From Archangium sp. (GTDB taxonomy: Bacteria > Myxococcota > Myxococcia > Myxococcales > Myxococcaceae), in assembly GCA_047600485.1 (NCBI GenBank), contig JASGKS010000001.1, positions 6,720,259 to 6,784,258 on the forward strand: a stretch of DNA of 64,000 nt, in the 5' to 3' direction. A model generated the notes under the pieces. It saw nothing but the letters and a program-made list of their open reading frames with translations, was not told the DNA's origin and searched no databases. Made by a program: the position numbers and the translations under genes. Of the stretch, positions 9,524 to 19,439 are shown piece by piece. The first letter of the stretch is position 1. Each line of letters starts with the position of its first letter.

Positions 9524-12070
9524 GTGCGTCCTCTGCACGTGCTGCCTCCGATTCCCCACTCCACCGCCAACGCGCATCACCTGCTGTGGCACCCGACCGA
9601 GAAGAAGCTGTGGCTGCTCGACCTGCACGGCAAGCAGCTGTGGCGCGTCGAGAAGGACGGCACCGGTGAGCTGCTCTTTCGCGGAGACGCGCTCGGCCTC
9701 GACTCGCTGAACCTCGCCTACCAACACGCGAGCGGTTTCCATTTCGACGCGGCTCGCAAAGGCGTCGTGTGGTTCGTCGCCACCTACGACCGCGTCTTGC
9801 TCTTCGTGCAGAAGAACAAGAGCTTCGTCGAAGTGAAGCTCGAGAACGGCTTCACGCCCGCGAGCGCAGACGTGTTCGTCTTCGACCCGAAGCGCAACGT
9901 GCTGGTGCACTTCGTCAGCACGCGAGCGATGAGCGTCGACGAGAACGCGGTGCGCGAAGCGCGTGGTGGAACGACGGTGCGTGAGCTCGGCGTCGACGGC
10001 ACGTGGAAGGACGTCGGCACGCCGCTCCCGAGCGCGCGCGGCATGTACACCGTCGGCGGTTGGGACGCGGAGCTCGGCATGAGCGTGCTCGTCGACGACG
10101 CGAAGAACGAGACGTGGGGTTGGAACGGGAAGGAATGGAAGAAGCTCGGGCTCTACCCATTCTCTCCGTGGCAGCCCTTCACTGCCGGCCAGTCGCCGAA
10201 AGGCGGCCTCGTCATCGTGCAGAAGGAACGAGGCCAGAGCGAGACCGCGCAAATCGCGCAGCTCGAGAAGGGAAAGTGGTCGACGCGCGACGCCATCGGG
10301 CTCACCGAGTGGGGCGGGCTCGCGAATGGCTTCATCGCTGGCCCGTGGTTCGGCGCAGGCACGCTGCAGGCCACGCTCGGCACGTACGACGGCAATCGCA
10401 TCTTGCCCACGGGTCGGCCCGTGCCGCAGCTCGAGTTCGGGAGCGTCTCGGGGACTCCGCGTTTCTTCGGCACGCGAAGTCACGTGCGAACCAACGCGCC
10501 GAAAATCGCGCCGCTCAAGTTGTCGACGGAACTCAAGAGCAGCGGCTCGCTCGCCGACGATGCGCTCGCGCACTTCGCCGAGACCGCCGGCGATTTCAGC
10601 GTGAAGGGCGATGGCGAGGTGCTGCTCGACGGCAAGCCGTTCGCGAAAGCGCCGAAGGCCTTCGTCGCGCGCACCGAGACGAACTTCGGCGGCGACGGCG
10701 CGGGGACGCTGATGCTCGTCGGCGGCGAAGTCACCTACGGCAGCAAGCGGCTCACCGACACGTGGCGCGTCACCAACGGCAAGTTCGAGCAACTCGCGGT
10801 GACCGGCAAACCACCGGTCGTCACCAACGCGCTCGTCGGTTTTCACGCTCCGAGCGCGACGTGGGTCGTCTGCGGAGGTCGCGACAAGAACTACCGGCGG
10901 CCCAACACCACCAGCACGCTCGACGGAAAGAAGTGGGCCTCGTTTCCCTCGAAGCTGAGCGACGAGAAGCGGTCGACGCCGGAGACGTACGACACGCACT
11001 CGTTGCTCGCGAGCGACGGGGTGAGCGGTGAGCTGCTGCTCGTGCGCGGCGGGTATTTCGCGAAGAAAATCTACGCGTGGCGCGGCGAAGGAAAGTGGCT
11101 GTTCGTCGCGAGCTGCGAAGACGAAACGCTCACGGGTTTTGCGTGGGACCAGGCGACGCGCTCCATCGTCGCGGGGAGCAGCACCGGCACCACGACGCTA
11201 CAGCTCGGCGCAAAGCTCGATGCGCTCCCGCGACCGAAGGGCAGCAAGCCGCTTGCGCCGAAAATCGCGAAGCAGGTGTGGCTGCAGCGCGACGCGGGCG
11301 ACGCACATCACTTCTGGTTCGCACACCTCGAGGGAACGGGCTGGGTCGAACGCTGGGGTGCGCGCAGCCCAGCGGCGAAGCTGAAGACGAAACGCCACGC
11401 GAAGGCAGAGACGTACGCCGCAGCAGTGCAAGCGCGGCTCGACGCCGGCTTCGAGCACGCGCCCGAGAAGGAGCTCGCCGCGGTCGTCGACGGGCGCACG
11501 TCGTTCCGCCCGAAGTTCGGCAAGAAAGGCGACGACCTCGCTGGCGGAGTCGCTCCCGGCATCACGGCGAAACAGTGGCCTCACTGCGAAGAGTGCAAGA
11601 AACCGATGACGCACCTCCTCACGCTGAACGCACACCCGCAGCGCTTGCCGCTGAAGAAGCACGCCGCGCTCTCGGCCTTCATCTGCAACAACGAAGAGAC
11701 CGCCGGCATTTGCGAAACGTGGGACCCCGACTACGGCTCGAGCGCGGTGCTGCTCTCGAAGAGTACGAAAGGTGGCTTGAAGCGCGCGCCGGGCGACCAA
11801 CTCTCAGCGTTCCGCCTCAGCTACGAAGAAAAGTTCGAGCCCAACCCCGAGCACGCCGACGAAGAGGATGCCGAGGCGGTGCCGAAGGTGAACGGCTACC
11901 CGGGTTGGTTGCAGCAAGACGCGACGCCCAATTGCGGCAAGTGCAAGAAGCCGATGCGGTTCGTCGCGCAGATTGGTGAGTTCGACGACGCGCTCGGGTT
12001 CGCGGGCGGCGATGCGTACATCTTCTGTTGCGAGTCGGAGCACGGCGGCGCGGTGCTCTGGCAGCACTGA
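9524..12070 (+). CDS. Multidomain protein: Kelch/galactose-oxidase-like repeats + WGR domain + C-terminal DUF1963 (YwqG-like) domain with two CxxC pairs
   Basis: 848 aa with good composition (K/E/W/F). Repeated G(T/K)WK..G motifs, a WGR-like HFWFAHLEGTGWVERWGARS, and a C-terminal WPHCEECKKPM ... CGKCKKPM. Confidence 0.7.
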   Translation: MRPLHVLPPIPHSTANAHHLLWHPTEKKLWLLDLHGKQLWRVEKDGTGELLFRGDALGLDSLNLAYQHASGFHFDAARKGVVWFVATYDRVLLFVQKNKSFVEVKLENGFTPASADVFVFDPKRNVLVHFVSTRAMSVDENAVREARGGTTVRELGVDGTWKDVGTPLPSARGMYTVGGWDAELGMSVLVDDAKNETWGWNGKEWKKLGLYPFSPWQPFTAGQSPKGGLVIVQKERGQSETAQIAQLEKGKWSTRDAIGLTEWGGLANGFIAGPWFGAGTLQATLGTYDGNRILPTGRPVPQLEFGSVSGTPRFFGTRSHVRTNAPKIAPLKLSTELKSSGSLADDALAHFAETAGDFSVKGDGEVLLDGKPFAKAPKAFVARTETNFGGDGAGTLMLVGGEVTYGSKRLTDTWRVTNGKFEQLAVTGKPPVVTNALVGFHAPSATWVVCGGRDKNYRRPNTTSTLDGKKWASFPSKLSDEKRSTPETYDTHSLLASDGVSGELLLVRGGYFAKKIYAWRGEGKWLFVASCEDETLTGFAWDQATRSIVAGSSTGTTTLQLGAKLDALPRPKGSKPLAPKIAKQVWLQRDAGDAHHFWFAHLEGTGWVERWGARSPAAKLKTKRHAKAETYAAAVQARLDAGFEHAPEKELAAVVDGRTSFRPKFGKKGDDLAGGVAPGITAKQWPHCEECKKPMTHLLTLNAHPQRLPLKKHAALSAFICNNEETAGICETWDPDYGSSAVLLSKSTKGGLKRAPGDQLSAFRLSYEEKFEPNPEHADEEDAEAVPKVNGYPGWLQQDATPNCGKCKKPMRFVAQIGEFDDALGFAGGDAYIFCCESEHGGAVLWQH

Positions 12071-13429
12071 TCAGCGTTCCGTCAGGCCGACTCGACGCGA
12101 GAGGTTCGACGAGAACACGCCTTGCGGGTCGTACTTCTGCTTCACCGCGCGCCACGCCGGGAGCCGCGGGTACATGCGCGCGAACGTGTCGGCGTGCAGG
12201 AACGCGTCCTTGCCCAGGTACACGCGACCGCCGAAGTCAGCGACCATCGCGTCGAGCCGCGCGAACAACTCAGCGAGCCCGTCGATGACCGGAAAGTCGA
12301 TGGCCAGCGTCCACCCCTCGGTGGGAAACGAGAGCGGCGCAGCGTTTTCCTTCCCCAACTTCTTGAGCACGTTGAGCGACGGGAGCTGATTCGCCGCGAC
12401 GATGGTCTCGAGCAACGCGCGCAGGTTCCGCGCTCCGTCTTCTTTCGGAATCACCAACTGGTACTGCGTGAAGCCGCGCTTGCCGTAGCCGCGGTTCCAC
12501 GCGCCGAGCAGCACGTCGAGTGGGTAGAAGAACGAGTCGGCGTGCGCGATGGGCGCTCCGCGCATGAGGAACTGGTGGCCGAGCAGGTGCACCAACCGCA
12601 GCGTCGCCGCGTTGACGGTGAACTCCGGCAGCATGAACGGCACGTCGAGAAACGCGTTGCCGTTTCCCCGCAACGGGTCGCTCGCGAACTTCGCCGGCAA
12701 TTCCTCGGGAGCCGCGTGGTCGCCCGCGGTGAGCACGCCGAAGCCGAGCCGCTCGCCGGTGTAGAGCGGGTTGATGCTCGCCACCGAATACGGGAACTGC
12801 TTGTCCTGCTCGAGAATGAGGTCGAGCAGCGCCTCGAGGTTCTTCGCTTCGAACGAGCGCTGCTTGAAGAAGGTGGTGCTCACCTTTCGCAGCTGCACGG
12901 TCGCTTCGAGGATGACGCCGAGCAGGCCCATGCCGCCGAAGCTCGCGAAGAAGAGGTCGGCGTTCTCGGAGCGGCTCGCGGTGACGACCTGCCCGCTCGC
13001 CAGCAGCACGCGCATCGACTTCACCGATTCGAGGAACGAGCCGTGCGCGTGGTGCGCTTTGCCGTGCACGTCGTTGGCGATGCAGCCGCCGATGGTGACG
13101 TAGCGCGTGCCCGGAGTGATTTTCGGAAACCACCCGCGCCCCGCGAAGTGCTCGATGAGCTGACTCAACGACACGCCCGCTTCGCAGCGCACTTCGCCGG
13201 TCGCTTCGTCGAAGCCGAGCACGCGATCGAACTTCGTCAGCCCGAGCACCGTGCGCCGGTCGTTGACCGCGGCGTCTCCGTACGAACGGCCGAGCCCTCG
13301 AGGAATCGTGCCTTCGACGTCGAGCGCGCGGCGCACGTCGCGCTCCGTGTCGGGCTCGACGAGTTTGCACTGCACGCGCGGATACAGACCCCAGCCAGAC
13401 AGCTCGACCATCGCCGCTGCAAGATACAC
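12071..13429 (-). CDS. FAD-binding PCMH-type oxidoreductase (DprE1/arabinono-lactone-oxidase-like)
   Basis: RGLGRSYGDAAV, TPGTRYVTIGGCIANDVHGK and further FAD-linked oxidase signatures. Confidence 0.8.
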   Translation of the reverse strand: MYLAAAMVELSGWGLYPRVQCKLVEPDTERDVRRALDVEGTIPRGLGRSYGDAAVNDRRTVLGLTKFDRVLGFDEATGEVRCEAGVSLSQLIEHFAGRGWFPKITPGTRYVTIGGCIANDVHGKAHHAHGSFLESVKSMRVLLASGQVVTASRSENADLFFASFGGMGLLGVILEATVQLRKVSTTFFKQRSFEAKNLEALLDLILEQDKQFPYSVASINPLYTGERLGFGVLTAGDHAAPEELPAKFASDPLRGNGNAFLDVPFMLPEFTVNAATLRLVHLLGHQFLMRGAPIAHADSFFYPLDVLLGAWNRGYGKRGFTQYQLVIPKEDGARNLRALLETIVAANQLPSLNVLKKLGKENAAPLSFPTEGWTLAIDFPVIDGLAELFARLDAMVADFGGRVYLGKDAFLHADTFARMYPRLPAWRAVKQKYDPQGVFSSNLSRRVGLTER

Positions 13430-13438
13430 TCGACCGCC

Positions 13439-13786
13439 ATGGTGGCGACTTTCACTCTGCTGCTGGCGTTGTCGGCCGAGCCTGCGACGCCGGTACCCAC
13501 ACTCAAGTCGCTCTCGGGCCTCAACGTGAAGGCACTCAAGCCGTGGCTGATTCAGAACCTGCCCTCACTCGCGAAGTGTGGCCGCGCTGGCGCACCGAAT
13601 GACAGTGAAGAGGTGCGCGTGCGCGCGCAGTTCTCGAGCACCCCCGACGTGAAGGTCGAGCGCGTCGACGCCGCGTTGAGCGACGTGACGTGCGTGAAGA
13701 CCGAAATCGAGAAGTGGAAGAACGACGGCCAGCAGCCGCGCGCTGGCGCGTTCAGCTTCGTGTACCGCTTCCGCGCGACGCGTTGA
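13439..13786 (+). CDS. Small secreted hypothetical protein
   Basis: 115 aa with an N-terminal hydrophobic signal (MVATFTLLLALSA). It fills the gap between two minus-strand genes. Support is composition only. Confidence 0.4.
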   Translation: MVATFTLLLALSAEPATPVPTLKSLSGLNVKALKPWLIQNLPSLAKCGRAGAPNDSEEVRVRAQFSSTPDVKVERVDAALSDVTCVKTEIEKWKNDGQQPRAGAFSFVYRFRATR

Positions 13787-15010
13787 CTACCGCGCGATGA
13801 CCTTCACGGTTTCACCAACGGTGTTGAGCATCGAGCGCAGCTGGTCGTAGTCGGGGTGCTTGAAGCGCAGCCACGCGTTGGCCATGTAGCCCGCCGACAC
13901 CGGCTGGGTCGGAGTGCCCTCGGGCGGCAGATGCGCGTCGATCATCCACTGGCCGAACGCGCGCTCGACCTTGTCGACGCCCTTGTACCCGGCGATGCGA
14001 CCGTCCTGCGTGGGACGCAGCGCGATGATGCCCGTCGAGAACCGACGCGAGAGCCGCGCGCCCGGTCGGCCGTGCACCACGGCCATCGCCCACTCCCGGT
14101 ACAGGTCGACGTCGTTGGCGACGTTGTAGAGGTCCCACGCGCGCACGCCCGGCGGCCGGCAGCCGATCTCGGAGAACTTGAGACCCTTGGGGCCCGCGAA
14201 CCATTCCATGTGCGTGGCCGAGGTGCCGATGTCGAGCGCGCGCACCACCTTCGCGCCCAACTTGCGCAGCTCCTGGTAGCCCTCGGCCGAGTCGATGCGA
14301 TTGGTGGTGACGAACTGAGGGCTGATCCACCGCGTGCGCATCGCCTCGAGCACGTTGGGGTAATAGTGCGTCGCGAAGTCGTGAACGATGCGGCCGCCGA
14401 TGGTGATGGTGTCGTAGAAACCTTCGTGGCCTTCGATGAACTCTTCGATGGCGACCGAGCGGCCCTTGTCGAGCCCCAGCTCACTCGCGGCGCGCTGAAG
14501 GTCGGCGATTGAATTCACGCGCGCGGTGCCTGATGCGCCGGCGCCATCGCGCGGCTTCAAGATGAGCGGGAAGCCGACCTGCTTCGCGAACTCGATGGCC
14601 TCTTCGACTGACGACACTGCGCTCGAAGCGGCGCACGGAATTCCCGCTTCGCGCAGCGCGGCCTTCATCGACGGCTTGTCGCGGCACAGGAACGACGTCT
14701 TCACCGACGTGCCCTCGATGCCCATCGCCTCGCGCACCTTGGCGGTCGACATGATGTGCGCTTCGACCGACGCCTCGAGACGATCGATGCGCTTCTTCGA
14801 GTTGATGAACTTCGCCGCGCGCAGCACCGCGCCTTCGTTCACCACCGAGTCGACTTGCTCGTAGTGCGAGAGCCACTGCCGCATTTCACCGTTGAGCGAG
14901 TCCTTGCTGCCTTCGCCGATGGCGGTGACGGTCGCTCCGACTTCTTTGAGCGCGCGTACGAAGAACCGCTGATTCGTCGGGAAACGGGGCTCGATGAAGA
15001 CGACGTGCAT
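13787..15010 (-). CDS. ATP-grasp domain protein
   Basis: FPLILKPRDGAGASG and an EEFIEG..FYD ATP-grasp core. First gene after the glgA cluster lipoprotein. Confidence 0.75.
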   Translation of the reverse strand: MHVVFIEPRFPTNQRFFVRALKEVGATVTAIGEGSKDSLNGEMRQWLSHYEQVDSVVNEGAVLRAAKFINSKKRIDRLEASVEAHIMSTAKVREAMGIEGTSVKTSFLCRDKPSMKAALREAGIPCAASSAVSSVEEAIEFAKQVGFPLILKPRDGAGASGTARVNSIADLQRAASELGLDKGRSVAIEEFIEGHEGFYDTITIGGRIVHDFATHYYPNVLEAMRTRWISPQFVTTNRIDSAEGYQELRKLGAKVVRALDIGTSATHMEWFAGPKGLKFSEIGCRPPGVRAWDLYNVANDVDLYREWAMAVVHGRPGARLSRRFSTGIIALRPTQDGRIAGYKGVDKVERAFGQWMIDAHLPPEGTPTQPVSAGYMANAWLRFKHPDYDQLRSMLNTVGETVKVIAR

Positions 15011-15043
15011 GCGCGAACGGTACCAGCCGCGCGAACGCGTGAG

Positions 15044-15598
15044 TCACTTCTTCGTCGCCGCGAGCGCGTCGCGAATCGGCGCCACGATTTCTTCGCGAAC
15101 CGTTTCCACCAGCTCGGTCGCGGTGCGGTCGTACGAAATCACCGGGAGTTTCTTCGACGACGGGTTCAGCTTGCCGGTGCTCGTCGCAAGTTGAGCGACG
15201 TTCTCGACCTCGATGAGCCGCACGTCGTATTCGCCGAGCACCGGGAAGACGCTCCCCACCGGCAGAATTCCCTGCCCTTCGACGGCCATCGACTTGAAGC
15301 GCGCGTTGCCCGTCACGGCCCACGCTGCTCCTTTCTCACGCGCAGCCTTCGCCGCCGCAGCACCGGTCGGGTCAGCCACACCCAGCGGAGTGAGCTCGAC
15401 CACTTCCCACCCCGCACTCGAGAGCGCTCCCACGATGGCCGAGGTGAAGTGATGCGCGGCCTCGGCCGAAGGCGCAGTCGCCAGCGGCTCCGCTTCGCGC
15501 TTCTCGTCGATGAACACCGCCACGCGCTTGCTCGAGAGCGCGCTCGTCGTCGCACAACCCGTGAGCAGCATCGTCACTGCGAGCAGCACGACACGCAT
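15044..15598 (-). CDS. Lipoprotein (TolB-N/LpoB-like periplasmic domain)
   Basis: True start MRVVLLAVTMLLTGC with lipobox LTGC. About 184 aa. Confidence 0.6.
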   Translation of the reverse strand: MRVVLLAVTMLLTGCATTSALSSKRVAVFIDEKREAEPLATAPSAEAAHHFTSAIVGALSSAGWEVVELTPLGVADPTGAAAAKAAREKGAAWAVTGNARFKSMAVEGQGILPVGSVFPVLGEYDVRLIEVENVAQLATSTGKLNPSSKKLPVISYDRTATELVETVREEIVAPIRDALAATKK

Positions 15599-15609
15599 GT
15601 GAGTCCCCC

Positions 15610-17058
15610 TCAGCGCAGCTTCGCGTAGAGCGCTTCGTACGACTGCACCTGATGTTCCCACGAGAAGTCCTGCAGCATGCCGTTGCGCTGCAGCCGCCGG
15701 TACACGGGCCGGTCGCGGTAGATGTTGAACGCCGCTTCGAGCGCCCAGTGCACCGCCTGCGCGTTGTAGTCGTCGAACACGATGCCGGTGCCGGTGCCCG
15801 TTCGCGGTGACCAGAGCTGCACGGTGTCGGCGAGGCCGCCCGTCTTCCGCACGATGGGCACCGTGCCGTACTTCAGCGCGTAGAGCTGCGTGAGCCCGCA
15901 CGGCTCGTACTTGCTCGGCATCAAGAAGAAGTCGGAGCCCGCCTGAATCCAGTGCGCGAGCGCGTTGTCGAACTGCGTCTGAAAACGCACCTGCCGCGGG
16001 AAACGGCGACGCAGGTCGTGGAAGAGCCGCTCGAAGCGCTTCTCTCCGCTGCCTTGCACCACCAACTGGAACTTGCCCTCACGCAGCGCGAGGCCGAGCG
16101 CGTCGGGCAACAGGTCGAAGCCCTTCTGACTCGCGAGGCGCGACACGATGCCCAACAGCGGAACACCGGGGAGCGACGGCAACCGCGCACGTGAGAGCAG
16201 CTCGCCCTTGCACAGCTCTTTTCCCTCGAGCCAATCGGGGCCGTAGCGCTGGGGAATGTGCTTGTCGGCCTGCGGGCTCCATTCGTCGTAGTCGACGCCG
16301 TTCAGAATTCCGAACACCGACGATTCGCGCGCCCGAAGGAAGCCGTCCATGTTGGCGCCGAACTCCGGCGTACGAATTTCGCGCGCGTAGGTCGGCGACA
16401 CCGTGGTGACCGCGCTCGCGTAGAGAATGCCGTGGAGCAGGAAGTTGATGCGGCCGTCGCGCAGCTGGTCCTGATGCAGCAGGTGCTTGTCGCGCAGCAG
16501 GCCCGTCTCGGGCAGCACGCTCGCGGGAAACGCGCCCTGGTAGTTCAAGTTGTGAATCGTGAGCACCGACCTGGTGCGCCCGAAAATCGCTCCGTCCCAC
16601 GCGAAGCGCGTCTTGAGCAGCAGCGGCACCATCGCCGTCTGCCAGTCGTTGCAGTGCACGACGTCAGGAGCGAACCGCATGCGCTGCGCCGACTCGAGCG
16701 CCGCGTAGCAGAGCACCAGGAAGCGCAGGTGTTCGTCGCCGTCGTGCGCGTAGATGGCGTGCCGCGCGTAGAGCTGCGGGCAGTGCACGAAGAACATCTC
16801 GAGCGTGGAGCCGGGGAGCTGCGCCGCGAAGATGCTCACCTCGAACGACCGCGTGCCGAAGCTCACCCGCAGCCCGCGCAGCGAATCGATGGAGCGGAAG
16901 CGGTACTTCTGCTGCTCGATGCGCGAGTAGAGCGGCATGAACACGCGCACGTCGTGACCCTTGCGGTGCAACGCACGCGGGAGCGCAGCGGCGACGTCTC
17001 CCAGCCCGCCCGTCTTCGCGAAGGGCGCTACCTCGGAGCTCAGGAACAGCACGTTCAT
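15610..17058 (-). CDS. glgA: Glycogen synthase (GT5)
   Basis: MNVLFLSSEVAPFAKTGGLGDV N-terminus and a C-terminal KTGGLADTV. The true start at 17058 is internal to the long ORF. Confidence 0.9.
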   Translation of the reverse strand: MNVLFLSSEVAPFAKTGGLGDVAAALPRALHRKGHDVRVFMPLYSRIEQQKYRFRSIDSLRGLRVSFGTRSFEVSIFAAQLPGSTLEMFFVHCPQLYARHAIYAHDGDEHLRFLVLCYAALESAQRMRFAPDVVHCNDWQTAMVPLLLKTRFAWDGAIFGRTRSVLTIHNLNYQGAFPASVLPETGLLRDKHLLHQDQLRDGRINFLLHGILYASAVTTVSPTYAREIRTPEFGANMDGFLRARESSVFGILNGVDYDEWSPQADKHIPQRYGPDWLEGKELCKGELLSRARLPSLPGVPLLGIVSRLASQKGFDLLPDALGLALREGKFQLVVQGSGEKRFERLFHDLRRRFPRQVRFQTQFDNALAHWIQAGSDFFLMPSKYEPCGLTQLYALKYGTVPIVRKTGGLADTVQLWSPRTGTGTGIVFDDYNAQAVHWALEAAFNIYRDRPVYRRLQRNGMLQDFSWEHQVQSYEALYAKLR

Positions 17059-17105
17059 CGCGAGCCGAACGGTATCACCGGCCCTCGGCGAGCCGGTCCC
17101 AAGAA

Positions 17106-17846
17106 TCAGCGCGTGCGCACCTTGCCGACCTCGAGGGCGTCGAACCAGTCGATGAACCGCTGCACGTCGTCGCCGCGGTAGATCGCTCCGTGTTGAGGGC
17201 AGAGCATGCGCGGCTCGAGCTCGCGAGCGAGCTTGCACCAGGCGGTCTTGGCGTCGGCGCTCCCCATCCACCGTTGGTGAAAGCCGCGCGCGTGCGCGAT
17301 GTGCTCCTCGAAGTTCTCGACGAACAACGGCGCCCCCGCAGGCACCAGCGCGGCACCGATGTCACCGGTGAAGAGGATTCGCGAGTCATGATCGAACAGG
17401 TGGTGATTGCCGGGCGAGTGGAGGAAGTGCGCGGGCACCGCTTGCAGCTCGAGCGTGCCGACCGTGATGCGCCCGCCCGCGTCATCGAGCGGAATCAAGG
17501 TGTGCTCATCGCCACCGAAGTGGGGAATGAAGGTGCACCACATCCAGCTCGTGTAGCAGCGGATGGCGGGGTTGAAGTCGAGCCACAGCGCGAGCGACGA
17601 GATGACGTCGGGGTCTTGATGGCTCGAGAAGATCCACTGCACGTGGCGCGGGTCGGCGCCTTCGCTCAGCGCCGAGAACACCGCCGGGAAAATCTCCTGG
17701 CCGCCCGGGTCGGTGAGCAGGCTCACGGTGCCGTCGCTGATCAGATACTCGTTGGTGTCGATCAGATGATTCGGCCGCGACGGGTCGCGAGCGATGACCT
17801 TCCAGCTACGAGCTCCCTTCTCATGGAGCGTGACCATCTTCTTCAT
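17106..17846 (-). CDS. MBL-fold metallo-hydrolase
   Basis: HSPGNHHLFDHDS and other metallo-beta-lactamase-fold His/Asp motifs. Its stop overlaps the start of the upstream gene. Confidence 0.7.
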   Translation of the reverse strand: MKKMVTLHEKGARSWKVIARDPSRPNHLIDTNEYLISDGTVSLLTDPGGQEIFPAVFSALSEGADPRHVQWIFSSHQDPDVISSLALWLDFNPAIRCYTSWMWCTFIPHFGGDEHTLIPLDDAGGRITVGTLELQAVPAHFLHSPGNHHLFDHDSRILFTGDIGAALVPAGAPLFVENFEEHIAHARGFHQRWMGSADAKTAWCKLARELEPRMLCPQHGAIYRGDDVQRFIDWFDALEVGKVRTR

Positions 17847-18415
17847 GCTGCCTCCCGTGTAGACCGTTGAAGTGCTCGCCCGCAGTCGAGGACCTGCGCG
17901 GCACGTTCTCCGAACTCGCGCGCGGCCAACATCAAGACGGTGCGGTCGTCACCACTCGCCGCGGTCGCTTCGATCATCGCGGTGCGGGAGAGCGCGGTCG
18001 CCATCAAGCCGAGCTGCCGGAGCTCGTCGAGCGTCTCGCGCAACGCCAGCAGCTCGGTCCTGCGTCGAGCCCGGGTCGCTTCCTCGCGCTGCAGGATTCT
18101 CGCGTCGGCCTCGTGACAGCGCGCCATCTGCACCAGCCGACGACGGCGCACGAGCGTCTGAGCCACGCATTCGGCGGAGACGGCCGAGGCGCACGCCTTG
18201 CGCAGCCGCTCGACCAGCAGCGTGAGGTCATCGGCCCAGGATCGCATCTGCGATGACACCTCTCGAAACCCGGCCAGCGTCAACGAACGGTCTCGGGCGC
18301 TGCGCACCAGCGCGTCGAGCGCGTGCACGCGAACCTCACAGGCCCGTGACTCCATGGCCTTCGCTGCCTCGTTGAATTCGACGATCAACTCGAGGCCAGA
18401 GGCGCCGGCGTTCAT
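17843..18415 (-). CDS. Hypothetical helical protein
   Basis: 190 aa, 4-nt overlap with the MBL gene. No recognisable domain. Confidence 0.45.
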   Translation of the reverse strand: MNAGASGLELIVEFNEAAKAMESRACEVRVHALDALVRSARDRSLTLAGFREVSSQMRSWADDLTLLVERLRKACASAVSAECVAQTLVRRRRLVQMARCHEADARILQREEATRARRRTELLALRETLDELRQLGLMATALSRTAMIEATAASGDDRTVLMLAAREFGERAAQVLDCGRALQRSTREAA

Positions 18416-18469
18416 GCCCGCAGGTTCAGCAAGTGGTGGACCAGCGATGTGCGCGCAGAAGTTTCGCCG

Positions 18470-19366
18470 TCACTCCCGCAACGGATTCGCGCTCTGCGCG
18501 ACCTGCTCACGCAGCCACTGATGCGCTCCGTCGGCTTGCCGCAAGGGATGCCACAACTGCACGACGTCGAGCGCGTCATGCGGAATCGGCGAGGGATGAA
18601 GCTCGAGCGGGAAGTGCTCCACGAAGCGCGCTGCGACTCGCTCTGGCAACGCGGCGATGACGTCCGACGACGCGAGCACCCACGGCGCGACGAGGTAGTG
18701 CGGAAGGAACGCCACGATGTTTCGGCGCAGCTTCGTCTTGCGCTCGAAGCGGCCCTCGGTGCCTCCGCGCGGTGAGACGTGCAGCTGCGGCATGGTCAAA
18801 TCGAGCTTCGCGCGCGGGCCGCGAAACGCGGGGTGCTTGCGGCGCGCCACCACCACGAACTTCTCGCGCGCGAGCACCTGACGCTTCAAACCCTGCGGCG
18901 GGGCGTCACCCGGAGCGAGCCCGAAGATGCCGAGCACGAGGTCGACCTCGCCGGTCTCGAGCTCACGGAGCGGAAAGTCCCGGGGAGGTGCGAGCACCCG
19001 CAGCCTCAACCCGGGGAAGCGCGCCAGCCGCTTCATCAACTCGGGCAGCACGATGAGCTGCGCGTGGTCGCTCGCGGTGATGACGAACGTGCGCCGGTCT
19101 GTGCTCGGGTCGAACGGCCGCGGTGGCTGCAGCGCCTCGGAGAACTGCTTGAGCGTGGCCGCCACCGTTCCATGCAGCGCGAGCGCGCGGGGCGTCGGCA
19201 CCATGCCGTCTCGCGTGCGCACCAGCAGCGGGTCTTTCAGCGCCTCTCGCAGCCGTGCCAGCGCGTTGCTGGTCGCCGGCTGCGACAGCTTGAGCCGCGT
19301 CGCCGCCCTGCTGACGCTGCCTTCCGTGATGAGCGCGTCGAAGACTCGGAGCAGGTTGAGGTCCAT
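18470..19366 (-). CDS. LysR-family transcriptional regulator
   Basis: True start MDLNLLRVFDALITEGSVSRAA. HTH plus LysR substrate domain. Confidence 0.85.
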   Translation of the reverse strand: MDLNLLRVFDALITEGSVSRAATRLKLSQPATSNALARLREALKDPLLVRTRDGMVPTPRALALHGTVAATLKQFSEALQPPRPFDPSTDRRTFVITASDHAQLIVLPELMKRLARFPGLRLRVLAPPRDFPLRELETGEVDLVLGIFGLAPGDAPPQGLKRQVLAREKFVVVARRKHPAFRGPRAKLDLTMPQLHVSPRGGTEGRFERKTKLRRNIVAFLPHYLVAPWVLASSDVIAALPERVAARFVEHFPLELHPSPIPHDALDVVQLWHPLRQADGAHQWLREQVAQSANPLRE

Positions 19367-19381
19367 ATTCACGAATTGAAT
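19367..19381. promoter_or_regulatory. Candidate LysR box (T-N11-A dyad TTCA-N5-TGAA) in the LysR/MBL divergent intergenic region
   Basis: ATTCACGAATTGAAT is AT-rich against a GC-rich background and sits between the divergent starts at 19366 and 19440. Confidence 0.45.
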
Positions 19382-19439
19382 ACTCCAGATTCGTTCATTG
19401 ATGCGGCGGATGTGGCGCCCACGGCCCATCTTCCGCGCC

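Noticed and set aside
9041-10999. 652-aa minus-strand ORF
   Set aside because: Antisense to the Kelch/WGR gene, whose K/E/W/F-rich composition marks the plus strand as real.
12122-13786. 554-aa plus-strand ORF
   Set aside because: Mostly antisense to the FAD oxidoreductase gene. Only its last 115 codons (13439-13786) are kept, as a possible small secreted protein.
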